From Saccostrea cucullata (lineage: Eukaryota): a stretch of DNA of 64,000 nt. The position numbers and the translations under genes are program-made. The notes under the pieces were generated by a model. That model did no database searches and was not told where the DNA came from. It worked only from the letters and a program-made list of their open reading frames with translations. Below are positions 1 through 13,100 of the stretch, piece after piece. The DNA is taken from NCBI RefSeq assembly GCF_032062105.1, contig NW_026938695.1:434001-498000 (forward strand), read 5' to 3'. Every line of letters begins with the position of its first letter. Position 1 is the stretch's first letter.

Positions 1-506
1 CACATCCTTCAAAGAATGGAGACGAGCTTGTTTGTTATGCTGGAAGAAATCTTTGAGGTTTCCTTGTTTTATTTGAAAGACAATCTAGAGAGGAGATTCA
101 TGTCTGAGTGAAGTAAAACCCTTCTATCCTGTTACTCAATGCTGGGTTTTGTGTTTTTAGGGCCGAGTTTTTGCGATGAATAGAAATATGTCGTTACCAA
201 ATGAAGACGTTCTTTGACTGAATTCAAAACTTATCTTTTCCAATTCTCTTCACTTTTTCCCCAGAATTAATGGTTTGCAATTTCCATAATATTCAGAACT
301 AAGAGGTCATAGATCTATTTTTCAATGGAACTGCTAATCGTTGATGAAAAAAGAGATCAAACACATATTGTAGTCATCGATTAAGATATTTCTTCTATAA
401 AAGGATTCAAAAAATGTTAAAACAAAAAAGAAAATAGGGAAACACACAAAAATGTTTTATTTAGAGAAACTTCCTCTCATGTTCTTACATACTGTAGATT
501 CACTAC

Positions 507-808
507 TTAAGAACAGGTGTAAGTAACCTCAACGTATTTGTACGTTCCCACACAAGGATCCGCAGCGCCAGGAAAGTCTTGCAGTTCAGTCGGAATAGGA
601 CAGCGGGTTTCACCATCACAACTGCCGGATAACTGGTCACGCACGTCTAATCGGCAGTTTGTATTGTCCAGACTTGTTCCAGTAAATGGACACACAACAG
701 CTTCAGGTTCGGTGCGACCAAAAATGGCGGACTCAATTTTGAGTGTTTTGGGGCTTTCACAGCGGATTTCCCCGTCATCAGACTCGCAGATTATTATCGT
801 CCTTTGTT
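507..808 (-). CDS. Terminal exon of a SUEL/rhamnose-binding (Gal_lectin) lectin-domain protein
   Basis: Acceptor tttcttttcaAG at 810-809, then (E)QRTIIICESDDGEIRCESPKTLKIESAIFGRTEPEAVVCPF...NTNC...SCDGETRC...DPCVGTYKYVEVTYTCS*. It contains the SUEL hallmarks (A-x-F/Y-GR, DPCxGTYKY) and 8 Cys. Confidence 0.9.
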
Positions 809-860
809 CTTGAAAAGAAAATGCAATTTAATCATTGATTAATCTTCAATTTCTAATTTA

Positions 861-1081
861 AGGTTTATTGATACTATGTCACATGTAAGAGAGATAACTC
901 TTAATGATATGTCTATTATTCCTTTATAGATTTACCAAGTTAAAGTCTTTTTTTTTTGTCATTTTTTTTAGGCAAGGTATGCTATAATTGTTTCTTTTTT
1001 TACTTTTAAAATACATTTCTTTTGGAAATTCGTTAAAGTTCAAGCAACATTGTATAACAACAAGCAGAGGGTTTATGAACC
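861..1081. mobile_element. Non-autonomous TTAA-target MITE (Kolobok-like), copy 1
   Basis: TTAA|GGTTTAT...ATGAACC|TTAA. Alignable along its length with 58051-58266. Confidence 0.6.
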
Positions 1082-1127
1082 TTAAATGACCTTTTCAGAA
1101 ACTTAAAGAAAAAATAATAAACATGTA

Positions 1128-2222
1128 CCGGTCTTATAGATTAGACTTTCCCCCAATATCTTTCCCTGGCTCTAGAATAGACCCACCCGGAAAACTGGCT
1201 TTTTATAGTAGACCCCCCGGAAAACTGGCTCTTTATAGTATAGGATTTACCCTATGGAAATCCCACACTAGAGTCAAATTTTCGGGGGGAAATCGTACTC
1301 TGTGTAGTAGTTATAGTGTGCGATTTCCCCAAGAGCCAATCCCCCCCCCAATAAAATAAAATTGCTCTACTTATTTTTGAGGAATGGTTGGCTTGTTGTT
1401 ACAAGTGTCACTTCTTCAAAATGGCCAACAATTGTAGTGAACATACGTATACGAAAAAATGAACATGAAAATTTTAAATCTTATTATAAACCATTTTCTA
1501 AATCAAACACTAGTGTAAGATGAAATTGGAGAGGAATACAGCTGTATATAAGTTAATTTCCTCTGCGTCTGTCCGTCCGTCTATCTAGCTGTCCCTATAT
1601 ATGTATGTCTGTGTGTCCTATATAAATGGTTTTCCGCACTGTTTTTCCTAAATGCTTGAACATGTTGAAGATAATTTGGCGAAAAGTTCAAGTATGCAAC
1701 TTTACAGTTCCACATGTTTCTTAAAATATAAAATATATGAAATTAAGTTTCCCTTGCTTCAAAGTTTCTGGGGACATTTTCAAGAATGTTCTTATGTTCT
1801 TGAGCATTTTAATATTTTACGCAATCCAGACATTCATTTTTTGTTTTGTTTCATCATATTTTGAGGATATTTACATTTCTTCTGAAAGCTGTATATTTTG
1901 GTTGATATTCCATGCTTTGAAATTCTTACACAACATAAGTTTAAAAAAAAAAACAGAAAAAAACACTCATTTACCTTTTAAAAATCAGTTTGTCGTATAT
2001 ATCCTTGGGGGGGGGGGGGGCACAAATGTTGCGGCTGTGCATGGTTTATATTGATTATAACGAAGAGGGAAATCCTACTCTGAGAAAGAAAGAGGGGAAA
2101 TTTGGCTCTGGTGTGAGTCTCGACTTCCCCTCGGGGAGACATCCTACTCTAGAGAACGATTTCCAGGGGGAGGGGGGGGGGGGAGCTGGCAATGGGGGAA
2201 ATCCTTCTCTATAAAACACCGG
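1128..2222. mobile_element. Degenerate TIR element (CCGG termini) with nested satellite-type insert
   Basis: Left taccggtcttatagattagactttccccc is roughly inverse to right gggggaaatccttctctataaaacaccggta. Subterminal GGGGAAATCCTACTCT repeats. GTCC/GTCT microsatellite insert at ~1560. Confidence 0.4.
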
Positions 2223-2457
2223 TACACGTATGTGTATATATAAAACACCGGTACACGTATGTATATATATATATGTATACCCACCAGGTCTTTTTGCTTC
2301 CTCTAACTCGTTCTTTAACCTATTGTTCTCTTTTTCACACTCCGACAATGAATTTCTTAAACTGCTTTTTTCCATTTCTTAAACATCAAATATTGAAATT
2401 TATATTTATATTAGGAAACAATTACTCTCAACATCAACTTAAAACATCTTTTTTTTT

Positions 2458-2596
2458 NNNNNNNNNNNNNNNNNNNNNNNNNNNNNNNNNNNNNNNNNNN
2501 NNNNNNNNNNNNNNNNNNNNNNNNNNNNNNNNNNNNNNNNNNNNNNNNNNNNNNNNNNNNNNNNNNNNNNNNNNNNNNNNNNNNNNNNNNNNNNNN
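2458..2596. other. Assembly gap
   Basis: Run of N. Confidence 1.
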
Positions 2597-3102
2597 ATTA
2601 TCTCTTAATTTCGCGTGAAGCACCACACGCGAAATAAAACTACTCGACTTTATTTTTATAGTGCTGAAATCTATGTAAATTCTCTTAATCAACTGCCCAT
2701 TCGCGAATTATTCTCGCGATTTGACGTTGAACAGCCCATTCGCGATAATAAGTACTCGCGAAAAACAAGGAATCTACAGTAATTGTGACCACTCTCACCT
2801 CGCTTCTTAGCCTCATCTTGGCATTCCAGTAACTTGGTGAGTAAATTGCTTTCAACATCTTCAAAAGAAAAATTTAAATACAACTTATAGACTACATGAA
2901 TTGTGTAAATCTTAATCACACATAAATGCTAAAAAATCTTAATAATACGAACAGAATTTCTCCCATTTCTTTAATGAATTATCCGGTATGAGTTATATGT
3001 CTTTTATATAACACTGTATATATTGAATTTACAATAGTGAATTAATCAGTAAATATCAATTGTAATTTTTTTTTCAAATTTTCATTAGATAAAAAAAAAT
3101 AC

Positions 3103-3141
3103 CCTCTAGTTTCCTCGCATTCATCGTAATAATGCTGGTAC
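3103..3141 (-). CDS. Probable upstream 39-nt exon of the lectin gene
   Basis: tttgatttAG|GT ACC AGC ATT ATT ACG ATG AAT GCG AGG AAA CTA GAG G|GT. Phase 1 joins in frame to the lectin exon (TSIITMNARKLE-E-QRT). Further upstream exons were not resolved. Confidence 0.45.
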
Positions 3142-3263
3142 CTAAATCAAATGAATGAAAAAAAGATACGCGTCAATATCGTAGAACAGAAAAGAAATGA
3201 TAATTTTTCCAATGTTTGATTTATTCAAAAATCGGGAGAATAAAAACACAGCGAATCTTTGAA

Positions 3264-3297
<34 letters not shown>

Positions 3298-3659
3298 AAA
3301 TACTAGTATATGCTAAGTTTGCAAAAAAATCATAAAAAAACAGAACTTTTAATTGTTTTAAAAATATTTTTAAACATAGTTTACTATGTTAATAAGTTAA
3401 TACACTTTAAAATTCAGACCAACCTGACAAAAACATGACTCCACACACCGTAGCGAGGCCTAATGGGAGCAAAAGAGGAATGGCTGAGGCACCGACAGGG
3501 TCAATGGGCACCAGCGGGGGATTTCCGGACCCCTGTATCAATGGCGCTGACATTGTGATCTGAAGATATAGATATACATGTTCGAGGGTTTTACCTTGCA
3601 TTTATTTTTGGAAAGGTTAACGTTGCCACTAGGGTTTTCATATTCACTTATGAATTGCA

Positions 3660-4560
3660 CCCTTTCATTTGGTTCCATTATTTTTTTACCACATGACATT
3701 GACCTTGGAATATGACCTTCTTAAAAAGATCACAGTAACCTTGGCATTTTTCTGAATGATTAATATTAGAATTGTAATTTATATTTCATATGTGTATCTT
3801 TTGTAAAAAAAAAATACCTTTCTTTGGATCTCGGCATTTTAAAAAAATTATTGATCATGACCTTAACATCCTACTTTTGAAAAAATCTAATGTTGGCCTT
3901 GACCTACCATGCGGGTCCTTTAGTGTTTCAACTCATCTCTTTTTTAAGCCCCCCCCCCCCCCCCCCCCCCCGTAATAGAAGATTCCGGGGTATACATGCA
4001 TGTATATAGTTTTTTATGCCCCCATAATCCCAGATTCTGGTATTTTTGTCCTGTCCGTCGGTCTGTTTGTCCGCGAAAACGTTAACCTTGTTCATAACTT
4101 TTGAGTGGGTAGTGCTGTAATTAGCATTCATACTTCACAGGTATATTCTCTGTGACAAGACCTTTCTTTTGAGTACTAGTAACTCATGACTTCTTGACCT
4201 TGAGTTTGACCCACTTTTACAAAAACATTATCACACTTTAACTTTGGTCATACGTTTTGAACAGCTGATGCAACTGGGCTTTCAAACTTTACATGTGTAT
4301 ACATGTATATGCATTGTGACAAGACCTAGTATTTTTGGCCTTGACCTAAGTGTTTAACCCACTTTTTTAAAACTTGATACTTTTTCAACGTTCAGTTAGA
4401 ACAAGGGCATTCATATTTCACAGGCGTATTCCTTGTGACAAGACAGTCCTTTGGGGATAAATAATTTTGACCTTGGTCTTTAATTAGAGTTCGACATGGA
4501 TTTGAGAAAAATCAACCCTAGACGTAAAATGCTATACAGGGACATCAGTGTTTTACAAAA
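3660..4560 (-). mobile_element. Helentron/HINE-like non-autonomous element(s) with degenerate satellite-like repeats
   Basis: ttttatgccccc terminus at ~4012, CTGTCCGT microsatellite, and recurring tgtgacaagacc...tgaccttgagtttgacc units. Confidence 0.55.
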
Positions 4561-5232
4561 TTTTTTTTTTTAAATTTAAAGTCAAAATATTGCAAGAAAT
4601 TAAAATACAGTATCGCTCTACAAATAATAGTCAATTAAGTTATTAAAAGATTGTCTTTACAATGCATATGCACATTAAGTACAAGGTACTATATGAAAAT
4701 GACAAATAAATTATAACTATAAAGTCACGTGCCACTTCATAGACATCAAGTCCTATTCAGTCCCACTGAAAAAATCTTTTAAGAGAGAGAGAGAGAGAGA
4801 GAGAGATTTAGAGAAAGAGAGATTGGGAGAAAGAGAGAGATCATTACCTACACAGTCCTTCTAACAGCTATGCTGATATATATATGCTTAAATTGCATAT
4901 GTACAAATTCCAACATTAACGCAACATTTCATGCCTTTCTCACCTGACTTGCACTTTAATAATTGCCTCAAGACAACAAAATTACCCGTAAGTGATAGAT
5001 GTCTATGTCATTTTTTATTTCTCTCTTGTTATGATGTTTCTGTAAATATAAGCTATTCATTGGTTGAAGAGAATATTGCCTATCCTTATTTTGTGTTTAA
5101 CAAATACATGAAATATACGTGTAATACATAATCGAGGGATACCCGAGAGTACAGGTACATATTGCCAAAGTGTGCATTTTTATTTTATAAATATGCCAGA
5201 TCCATTCAAACTATGAAGATGATTGAATAGAA

Positions 5233-5716
5233 CCCTAACAAAAAAAACTATAGTTATATAACTATAGTTTACTACAGTTAATTATAGTAAACCAAACTGT
5301 CAAAGTTTTCGCTAAAGTTTTTCAAAATGTCAAAGTTTTCAATAAAGTTTTTCAAAGTGTCAAAGTTTTCGCCAAAGTTTATTTTCAAAGTGTCAAAGTT
5401 TTCGCCAAAGTTTTTCAAAGCGTCAAAATTTTCACCAAAGTTTTTCAAATTTTCAAAGTTTTCGCCAAAGTATTTCAAAGTGTCAAAGTTTTCGCCAAAG
5501 TTTTTCAAAGTTTTCATCAAAGATTTTCAAAGTGTCAAAGTTTTCGCGAAAGTTTTTCAAAGTGTCAAAGTTTACGAGAAAGTTTTGCAAAGTGTGAAAG
5601 TGATCACTATAGTAAACCAAAGTTTTCAAAATGTCAAAGTTATAACTATAATTAACTATAGTTAACTATAGTAAACTTTAGTTAACTATACTTAATACAG
5701 TATTTTTTTGTTAGGG
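5233..5716. mobile_element. MITE with CCC...GGG TIRs carrying an internal 30-bp tandem array (CMC/EnSpm-like, tentative)
   Basis: ccctaacaaaaaaaa ... tttttttgttaggg, flanked by AA on both sides. About 10 copies of aaagttttcgccaaagtttttcaaagtgtc. Subterminal aactatagtt palindromes. Confidence 0.75.
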
Positions 5717-5884
5717 AAGAGATGTTTAAAATTAATTTTTAGACAGTGAAAATTAAACACATTTTCAATTAAGTGTACGTCTAGTTTTGACCTGCAATGA
5801 AGGATATTTAAGAGCTAGACCTAATTAAATCTTGTCAAGTATTTCTGTATTAATAAGATGTATGTTTGTGAAAACTGCATGATA

Positions 5885-6400
5885 CAAATAAATAAGTCAA
5901 ATATTTTATTGGCACAAACACAATTACAGTAATTGGTAAAGGCCCATAGAAAACATAGTGATAAGCATGAAAATACAGTAGAACACAACTAGAATACAAA
6001 CAACTGGTGTAGCAAATTATGTATTGTACTCATAAAATACTAAATACATCCATATGATTCAGTACAATGTAGTTACTCATTTATAGCTAAAATATTTTTT
6101 CTTATTTCAGATATTTGATATAAAAATGATGAAAATATTTTAAGAACCTTTTTACAACTAGTTTTCATCAATAGTTTTAACAATTTGTCATTATTATAGA
6201 TTGTTTGGTTCAAGTTAGGAAAAGTACATGTAGATAGTTTTGTTTTGAATATGTTTCTCTGTGCTTCATATTTTGGACATATAGCAAAATGAAATGATTT
6301 TCATCCTCAATATCAAGGTTTTGACATACTTTACATATCCTATCATTTTTATTATGCTCGATCCTGATGGCAAGTATTGAAGCTAAAATGAAAGTCAAAC
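5885..6400 (-). mobile_element. 5'-truncated non-LTR retrotransposon (LINE) 3' end
   Basis: RICKVCQNLDIEDENHFILL matches the C-terminal CCHC region of LINE ORF2 (R-x-C-x2-C...EDExHF). It is frameshifted and followed by AATAAA and a simple-repeat tail. Confidence 0.6.
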
Positions 6401-7118
6401 TCCATGCTCAAGAGATCAAAATTGTTGTTACCAAAATGAAGGACTTACATGTATGAAAATGAATTAGTATATTTTATATAAAACATGAGAGCCCCAGTTC
6501 TGTTTAAAAAAAATGAGGGATTCAGATTTTGGTTTAGTAACAGTTACTTAAGCAGCCAAGTCTGGGTTGGACAATTTATAAGTATTTTTTTTTTTTTTTT
6601 TTTTTAGAATTAAACGCGTTAAAACTGACATACTGTTACTAAACCAAATTCTGAATCCTTATACTTGATCATATTGATGAGGTCTTAAAAGCAAACTTAA
6701 AATGAAAATCCAAAATGTACATGAAAGCACCAGCAATGATCGAAATCTTTCGTGACGAATAGGTGAAACAAAAAAAATGAGAAAGTAGAAAATATTTTGG
6801 ATAAAAAAAAAATGTGTGAAAAATTATCAGTTCACATAAAAATAAGAAATTATAAATACAATACAAATAAGTTATATAATACAAATGGAAATATTGAATA
6901 AAAAAAATATTCATTTACAATTAAAAATAACTTGATACAAAACTGAAATGTTTAAGCTCGAATAATGTAACACTTCGTTGTCTACGAATCAGTTTGTGTA
7001 CGAGTTGACTATAAATCCGAAGAATTTAACGAACGACCATTGTTGTCTAAACAAATTCGAAACTAGACGAGATTTATCATGTACTAAATATTTTCACTGC
7101 ATGTGAAAAGCTTGATCA

Positions 7119-10100
7119 ATGGCAAGTCCTGCGAAGAAACCTAAAACATCGGCTCTACCAGTGTGCCCATATGGAGCACGGTGTTACCGAAAAAATCCCG
7201 AGCATTTTAAAGAATTTTCACATCCTCCGACGAAGACTGACGCTTCATCAAGTGACGACGGCACTAACGATGATACCAAACCTAGTCTCAATGACAAAAG
7301 CCTTCCGCCCTGTAAATATGGCGCTAGTTGCTACAGGAAGAATCTTCTCCATTTTGCTGAGTATTCTCACCCCACTGTGATAAAAAGCAAGGACAGTGGA
7401 AGTGACACAGATCCTATAGAATCAGATGAAGAGGAGAAGGTGAGATTCTCAGCTTATACTGTCAGGTTGTTTTGTTGTAACTGGAAGACAGAAAATGTAT
7501 GAATGGACCGGGAATCGAACCCGGAACCCCTGCATCTCCAGTCAGGTGCTCTACCAACTGAGCTCTCCAGGCCGATATCCATGGCCCAAACCATTACATT
7601 CCTCCCTCCTTAAATGGTCTTCGCCCTCGAAGACACAATCCAAGTTCTCATTTCCCCCTGGCAGAATTTTCACCTGCAATTCCAGGGGTGGTCAACAGCA
7701 CCAAATCTGTAACAGGATAGGAGAAAATATATTGCTGGACCGGGAATCAAACCTGGGACCCCTACATCTCCAGTCAGGTGCTCTACCAACTGAGCTATTC
7801 AGGCCGATATCCATGACCCAAACCTTTACATTGTCATGGATGTGTTTTAAATCATTATTCCTTGTGTTGCCAGATTCACAGGTGCTGAAATTCAGTCAGT
7901 ATATATCGGGTGACTCAAAAAGCTTAGTGGTTAGATTGCAGGCACGGTATGCCAGAGACCCATGGAGGTTTTGAGACTTTATTTTTACTATCTGTGAATC
8001 CGGTGCCACTTGGTTTAAATCATTTGCTAAGTATACATGATTTATTGCAGTCCAGTCAGGGGTAGACATTAACTTTTATTTCCACTTGTCCTTCGGGCAA
8101 GTGAACTACAATTTTGACTTGTCCGAATGCAAAATTTGGTTGCCCAAAATTTTTGAAGAAAAAAAACCAGTTATTGTACCTTAATTTGTTGTAAATATAA
8201 AAGTTGACAAATTAATCTATATTTTGAAGTTAACTGCCGGAAAAAATGTTCATATGATGGTGAAGCTACAATTGTAAATGTACATGTACATATGTAAAAC
8301 ACTTTCCTGTCATTTAACTATATATATCCTGAAAACACACAGAGTACTGCAGGAATATTATTTTTTTTACGATTTTTGTTTGAAATTTTAACTTTTCCTC
8401 TAAAAAATTGAGGCGAAGCCAAAAGGAAGAGAGTCGTTATGTTTTGAATCAAAATACATCGTGCACCGTGAATAATTGGTGTTCTTCATCTAATTCCTTA
8501 ACTGGGTAGAGAAAGTATTCTGTAATCTCTATTTTATAATAAGACTGTAACGTAAGTTGTAAGACAGATAATCGTACTTTTCAAACTACGAAAGAAAACA
8601 GAATATAACGAGCCCGATTTCTGAATAAAGGTTAGATCCAGAAACGCTACCGAGGGAATCCGAATGCAATAACAATGTCCCGTTTTTGGCGGAAATCAAG
8701 TGTTAACATTAATTTATTGTGTTGTTTATAAACTTATGTGGAAAAAAAATGTTTCTATCAGAAATATCCACTTGCCTGATCGGACAAGTACATTGATAGT
8801 TTCACTTGCCCGAACTGAGAATTTACTTGTCCCGGGCAATCGGACAACCGTTAATGTTGATCCCTGCCAGTAAGTCTTACAGATGGTGATCATGGTGATT
8901 AGATTAAGAGTTGATTTAATCTTAGCTAAATATCCAATTTCATTCATTTCATTCTTTTAAATTGATTCTTAAAAAAAAATGTTTTTAAAATTTAAAAGCA
9001 TGTTTTTATTTAAAAAAATATCTACCAATTCGTAAACATTAGGTCACATATACTACATGTACTTGTCTGACATGTGTTCTTGACAGTTCTAAGTAAGTTT
9101 TTCCTTTTGAGACCAGGCCCCGGGATCATGAAGCATCTTAAGCTTAAGTCAAAAAATACCTTAGATGCTGAATTTTTTTAAAGGTCAATCAGCCCAAAAT
9201 GAAAATGCCTTCCGATTTTGTATCATCAGTCTGCTGTTATATGCAAATTATGAGTTTCCTTTAACAAGTTTTAAAGATTTTATATATAATTGAAATTTTG
9301 ACTTAAGTCTAAGTCTGTTTCATGATCCCGGGGCCAGGATTATGAAACAAACTTAGACTTAAGTTAAATTTTGAATCGCTTATAAAATATTTGTTAACTA
9401 TGGAATTTATTTCTAAATTTGCAGATAACAACACCTCTGTGAAATAATGTTGCAAGATATTCTAATTTTGGTCTGCTTGACTTCTACAACATTTTATTAT
9501 CAAATACATTTTTTTTTGTATAGATTTTGACTTAAGGGGGATGTACGGCCACCTTTAGTGCAGTGAACGCAAAATGTAAACATTTCTTCAAATGGCTAAA
9601 ATACATTATATTTTGATCAAATTTTAAGTCTTTTTGATAAAGATACAATAAATATACATAACCGAATGCATGTTGTGCATATATAATCTATACTTTTGCA
9701 GAAAAATGCTTTTGATATGCTCCTTAGAACTGCGCAGCTACAGAATTCAGCAGAGCCTTAAAAAATCCAAAAAAATATGCAAACTGTGCATTAATGTTCT
9801 CTCTACAACCATTTGTTGAGAAAATGTCTAAATTTTGCACTTTTAAATGATAATTTCAAGTTCAAAACAAGGTACCATCGTCTTCAAAAAGATGTAAAGA
9901 ACCATGAAAGTAGTTCATGGATAGCAGCACGTGGTCTATTTTTAGCACAGATCTTGTTTTCCAGACCTCTTCTTAATATGGAGGGGCATAACAATCTTTA
10001 AATGTAGAAGAGAATTACAGTTGCAAAATATTTCAAATAATATGAACACTTTAAAAAGAGGAAAGGTGTTATAGTGTGGCTTGAAGTAATTTATTTAGTT

Positions 10101-13100
10101 TGAACATAAATTTTTTTTTCTATTTGCCCATATTTTCAAAATTACAATTGTACAAAGTAAAGAGAAAAAATCAACCTATATATAAACATCTTTAAAATGA
10201 TGTTTGGTGGTCCTCCCAACTCAGGGAAAAATTATTGGGTCCGTATTTATATACTGACACGCAAAAGAAACGCAACACCCTATTTTAGGGGGAAATGATT
10301 ATGTAAAGTAAAGAATTTTGTATCTTAAAATTATGAATATCTTGAATTTGGTAAACATCAGTAAATTAACGGTTGAACGATTTCCATACCATAACCGGAA
10401 GTCAAGTTTTAGTCTGCTTAACAGAAATCAAAATTTGCATGTTTAACAAAACATTTGGCAATATTATGGAATTTTAAGGGTTTTTTACTGTTCATCATAA
10501 ATAATGCAGCAATATTTCAAAAAATAAACTCTACTTTCGTTTCCCGAAACAATGCTAAGTCTACTTAAAAAATGGCTTATTTACGCATTTCCATTGCTCT
10601 AGCTGGAAAATTTCAATGTAAAGGTGATGGAGAGTTGCTGATGCGAAATTTCACTATATTTTGCCTCAACAGGGTCTTATGTATCATATGCATTAAGGAC
10701 AGTCCTTGTACCGGAAGTCCAAGGGTGACTACACTGCTCTAAGTTGGAGAAAATTCGACCCACTTATCTAAAAAATGGGCATTTAAAAATGTCAAAGAAT
10801 AATTCCTTCGCTGAGATCTCGATATTAATGAACCTATAGTATCGTAGAAATTAAGCTGCAATTGTTGTTTAGGGCAGTCTTGCATGTTTTACTTGAATGG
10901 CTGGGAGGGGGGTGTTTTAACAGTCATATCTTACTTAGTAAAGTAAACAGATAAACATCTAACATTTTTATCAAATCTCTGATGTTCTGAAAAGTGAATC
11001 TAGCCTTACTTTATTCACTTTTGAAAATCATAAGATAAAAAATAAAACATTTGTAAATTATTGCTTGTTGCGTTTCTTTTGCGTGTCAGTATAGGTGAGA
11101 AAAAAAATCTTTAAAATTTAAACAGAATTGTTTACGGAAGAAAAAGAAAAAAATATCGTGATATGAAATGTTAAAAAAATGAGTCGGGCCATTTCTAGGC
11201 AATAGATCGGGAGAGAGGGCAACCAAATATTTTTATAACAAGTGGTATTATAAGGCTAGTACATGTTCCATCACATACTTAGAAATGCAATTTTTTTTAA
11301 TCTTTGACACTATTTTGAAAAACAAACAAAGGACAGGGGAAGGGGGGGGGGGGGGGGACACAGCACTCACTTTTTTTTGCGATGATAGACATAGCATATG
11401 CAATGGACCTTTCATTGCAAACATTGTGCTCGCTTCTAAATTTCATAGAAACAACTCATCATATTTTATCAAGCTTCGTACGTTCAATGAGCGAGAGCTT
11501 ACAACGTTGTCAACATAATGAGACATGATGCGTTTTTGTGTCCAAACATGACCCCATACAATGTGTGGGTCATTGCAAACATTCTAGCTATTTATGTGAG
11601 GTGCCTGAAGGAAACATATAAATGCCTATTTTTTCTATCTAACTTATAAACAAAATAGACATATGTACCAACTTTTCGAATGTAATACATGTAATTACAA
11701 TTTATTTTTCATGCACTGCGTTTTGTTTAACATTTTCAAATTAAATGCTAAGCATCCTCCTTGCAGTGCCCCATTTGAAAATAACTTCTTTCGCTATGAA
11801 AAAAACCTTAAACACATATGTTTAGGACATTTTTATCTTTTTTTCTTGTGTTAAAGAAACCAACAAATTATCAAGACTTGTTCCATGAAAAATTAAATAT
11901 AATCATGGTAATAAACGCATCTATCCACACCAGGTATATGCACATGCCAACCATGTGCTTAGCGGAATAATTTTAGCGAGGAATTTCGAGTTTTAAACAG
12001 AAAAGTTTTTCCCGATTTGCTGGAGTGAGGTTAAAATCGCGTTTTTTCATTAATCAGACGATGCGATGCAACAAATAAAAGTAGTAAGTAATATAACCTA
12101 ATGATTATTACTTAGTAATTTCTTGTCTTGGTGTTATTATGGTCGCATTTATTCTAAAATCATTGTTATTCGAACTCTTTGTGACAGAGGAATGGCGGAC
12201 GAAATAAACACATGGCCTCAGGAAGACACACATATGAAAAATCAAATTTTCAAGAATTATGGATAATGACAAGAAAAAAACGAAACAAATGGTTGTAGCC
12301 ATATTATCAATGAATCAAACTAACTCCATTTTCAATGCATTTTTCATCTCATGAATGCTGTAGCTGCGCAGTTCTAACATGATTAATTTTCTTCTAATTA
12401 AGACAAAATAAACTTAATTGTTTACTAATTTTGGTCTTAACAGTAGATAATTAGTGCATTAGCACTTTGGGTAACTTTGAGCTAGTTTAGTAGAGTATGT
12501 AGCGCATTCTTGGTATTTCTTAGTTTACACCAGACTAGATCCAATATGGCTTGTACATCCCCCTTAAGCTTAAGATGATTCATGATCCCGGGGCCTGATA
12601 TATTGTAACAATCAATCATTGCATATTGAATTTCTTGCAGAAAAAGTCAAAAGTCAAGTCTGCAGACATCTTGAAAAGAGGCATGTCTCTGGTGAAGAAG
12701 TACTCGCAGATGACAGAGGATGAAAGAAAGGAGCTGATCAAGCAAGCGTTTGAAGCCAAGCAGAAACTACAGGAAGAGCTTAAGGAAACAAAAGACAAAG
12801 TTAAAGAAAAGGAAAAAGAACTGGAACAAATGCAGCAAAAGGTTGATAAACTTTTGTCAAGTGTTATAACAAGAGTTTAATACCTCTAGCACAAAAAAAA
12901 AATAAATAAATTTAACAAAATTGAACAAGGGATGTGCTGGTTGTCCTTGTTGCAAGTTTGCATGTGCATGTATTTTATTTTTGCATAATACTCAGTAACA
13001 CAAGATCAGTTTGTTAGCTACTGTTTCAGAAAGCTATTAGGATAATTGAAGTCTCTCATAGTAATTCAGTAAGCAGTGACTTACTGTAGACGTACTTTTT

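Larger units (their letters stand above)
9116..12595. mobile_element. Pair of inverted GGCC-terminated MITEs, the second split by a 3-kb insertion
   Basis: Copy 1 is 9116-9336 (ggccccgggatcatgaa...ttcatgatcccggggcc). Copy 2 runs ~9333-9535 and resumes at 12564-12595. Confidence 0.7.

Noticed and set aside
4848-4916. Candidate first coding exon of the lectin gene
   Set aside because: There is a good donor (AG|GTAATG), but all three frames meet a TAG before it; it may be a non-coding exon and cannot be supported as CDS.
5278-5665. Repetitive ORFs (ENFDTLKNFG / KFSPKFFKVS)
   Set aside because: Translations of the 30-bp array inside a MITE; no splice or gene context.
7504-7806. Functional tRNA genes, and the 159-aa ORF 7495-7974
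   Set aside because: Anticodon stem is imperfect and the units are embedded in a longer repeat; the ORF is a by-product of the repeat.
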